Origin: Tubulanus polymorphus
Taxonomy: Eukaryota > Animalia > Nemertea
Direction: 5' to 3'
Length of the DNA stretch: 64,000 nt
Assembly (NCBI RefSeq): GCF_964204645.1
Contig: NC_134028.1
Location: 9,672,001 to 9,736,000 of the forward strand
This document shows, piece after piece, positions 63,004 to 64,000 of the stretch. The notes beneath the pieces were generated by a model. The model ran no database searches and was not told the origin of the DNA. It saw only the letters and a program-made list of their open reading frames with translations. The position numbers and the translations under genes are program-made. The first letter of the stretch is position 1; every line of letters starts with the position of its first letter.

Positions 63004-64000
63004 CTATAAGAAAAATCACATCGGATGTCTCACTGGTACATACGTACTTACAAAATTGTTTCTCTGATGATGGGATTTAGGTAAATCTTGCAACTGTACA
63101 TCAATTGTGGTATTGTATATTTGTATAATCAGAACATCAGTTAACCATCACCAGACAGCTTATACATATACAGAGTGTCTCAGAAAATGTGTTACCCAAG
63201 CTTTAAGATAACTAAATCATAAACTATTATTTTTATTTTTTGTTTGGTGGGGGGTAAGGTTGGTAGACCTAGATGTTTGCACGAGGATGAAATGTTAAAA
63301 TTGGCCATAGCATGTCTTTGAATGGCCATGAAAATGGAATCGAACCAAAAACTACAGATTGTCCCACTGTGCACATTTATTATGATAATAAATTTGATAA
63401 TATCAAATGACCAGCTGCCAGTTGAGACATTGATTTAATATCACTGAATTTCACTTTTTGTGATATTTTTCTGTGGCAGGGAATTGGTAAAAACCAAGGT
63501 TTGTGTCTAACAGTTGCTGATCATCAATCAATAAACGTACACAATGCAATAATCCTTATTTCTTGTTTTTAGTTCAACTCCATTTTAATGGCCATTCAAA
63601 AACACGGTATTGCTCAGCCATGCATGACTTATTACTGCATTCCATCCTCAACATTATTTCAACATTCCATCCTCAAGCAAACATACATGTTTAGCAATCT
63701 TACCCACCAAAAATTCATTTCAATTTTATTTAATGCATAAGTAATCTTAAAGCACAGTAACACATTCTTTGAGACACCCTGTGCAATTCGTCACATGTCC
63801 ATGCACTAGTCATGCATCGGTCACAAAACCTGTGAAGACTTAAGATTTACTAATGACCAAAACTTCACATAGCAACCCGTATTTGAATTTTTTTTTAATG
63901 AAGCCTACTTTGTGTTCATCCCAATTTTTCAATTAAAAAAAGAAGTTTTTTTTCCATTATATCCGTCTTGATTTTCAATCTATAGTAACTTGTGTTCATC

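Overview
Eukaryotic genomic DNA with GT-AG introns; the gene and repeat content suggests an invertebrate animal, but the species cannot be determined from this window. Four blocks. (1) 1-3433: 3' part of a multi-exon secreted reprolysin/ADAMTS-like metalloprotease gene (HEIGHSMGASHD zinc motif split over two exons, no TSP1 repeats). (2) 5688-17168: an ~11.5 kb, very AT-rich, intronless and partly decayed endogenous Polinton-like virus. It encodes major and minor capsid proteins, an A32-type packaging ATPase, an rve integrase with chromodomain, a giant-virus-type HNH nuclease, a putative SSB and several membrane proteins. No DNA polymerase is visible, both ends are long fold-back hairpins, and 11 gene starts share the poxvirus-late-promoter-like sequence TAAATG. 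This is the best candidate for an undescribed system: a possibly helper-dependent, hairpin-ended integrating satellite virus. (3) 17.2-31.4 kb: repeat-rich intergenic DNA with MITEs and Helentron-like elements. (4) 31475-54901: MARF1/Limkain-b1 (NYN-RRM-LOTUS) on +, with a young 5'-truncated LINE in an intron of its nuclease domain, converging on a partial B3GNTL1/QTGAL gene on - (60006 to beyond the window). All protein assignments come from motifs recognised by eye; no database search was run, and some exon and repeat boundaries are approximate.
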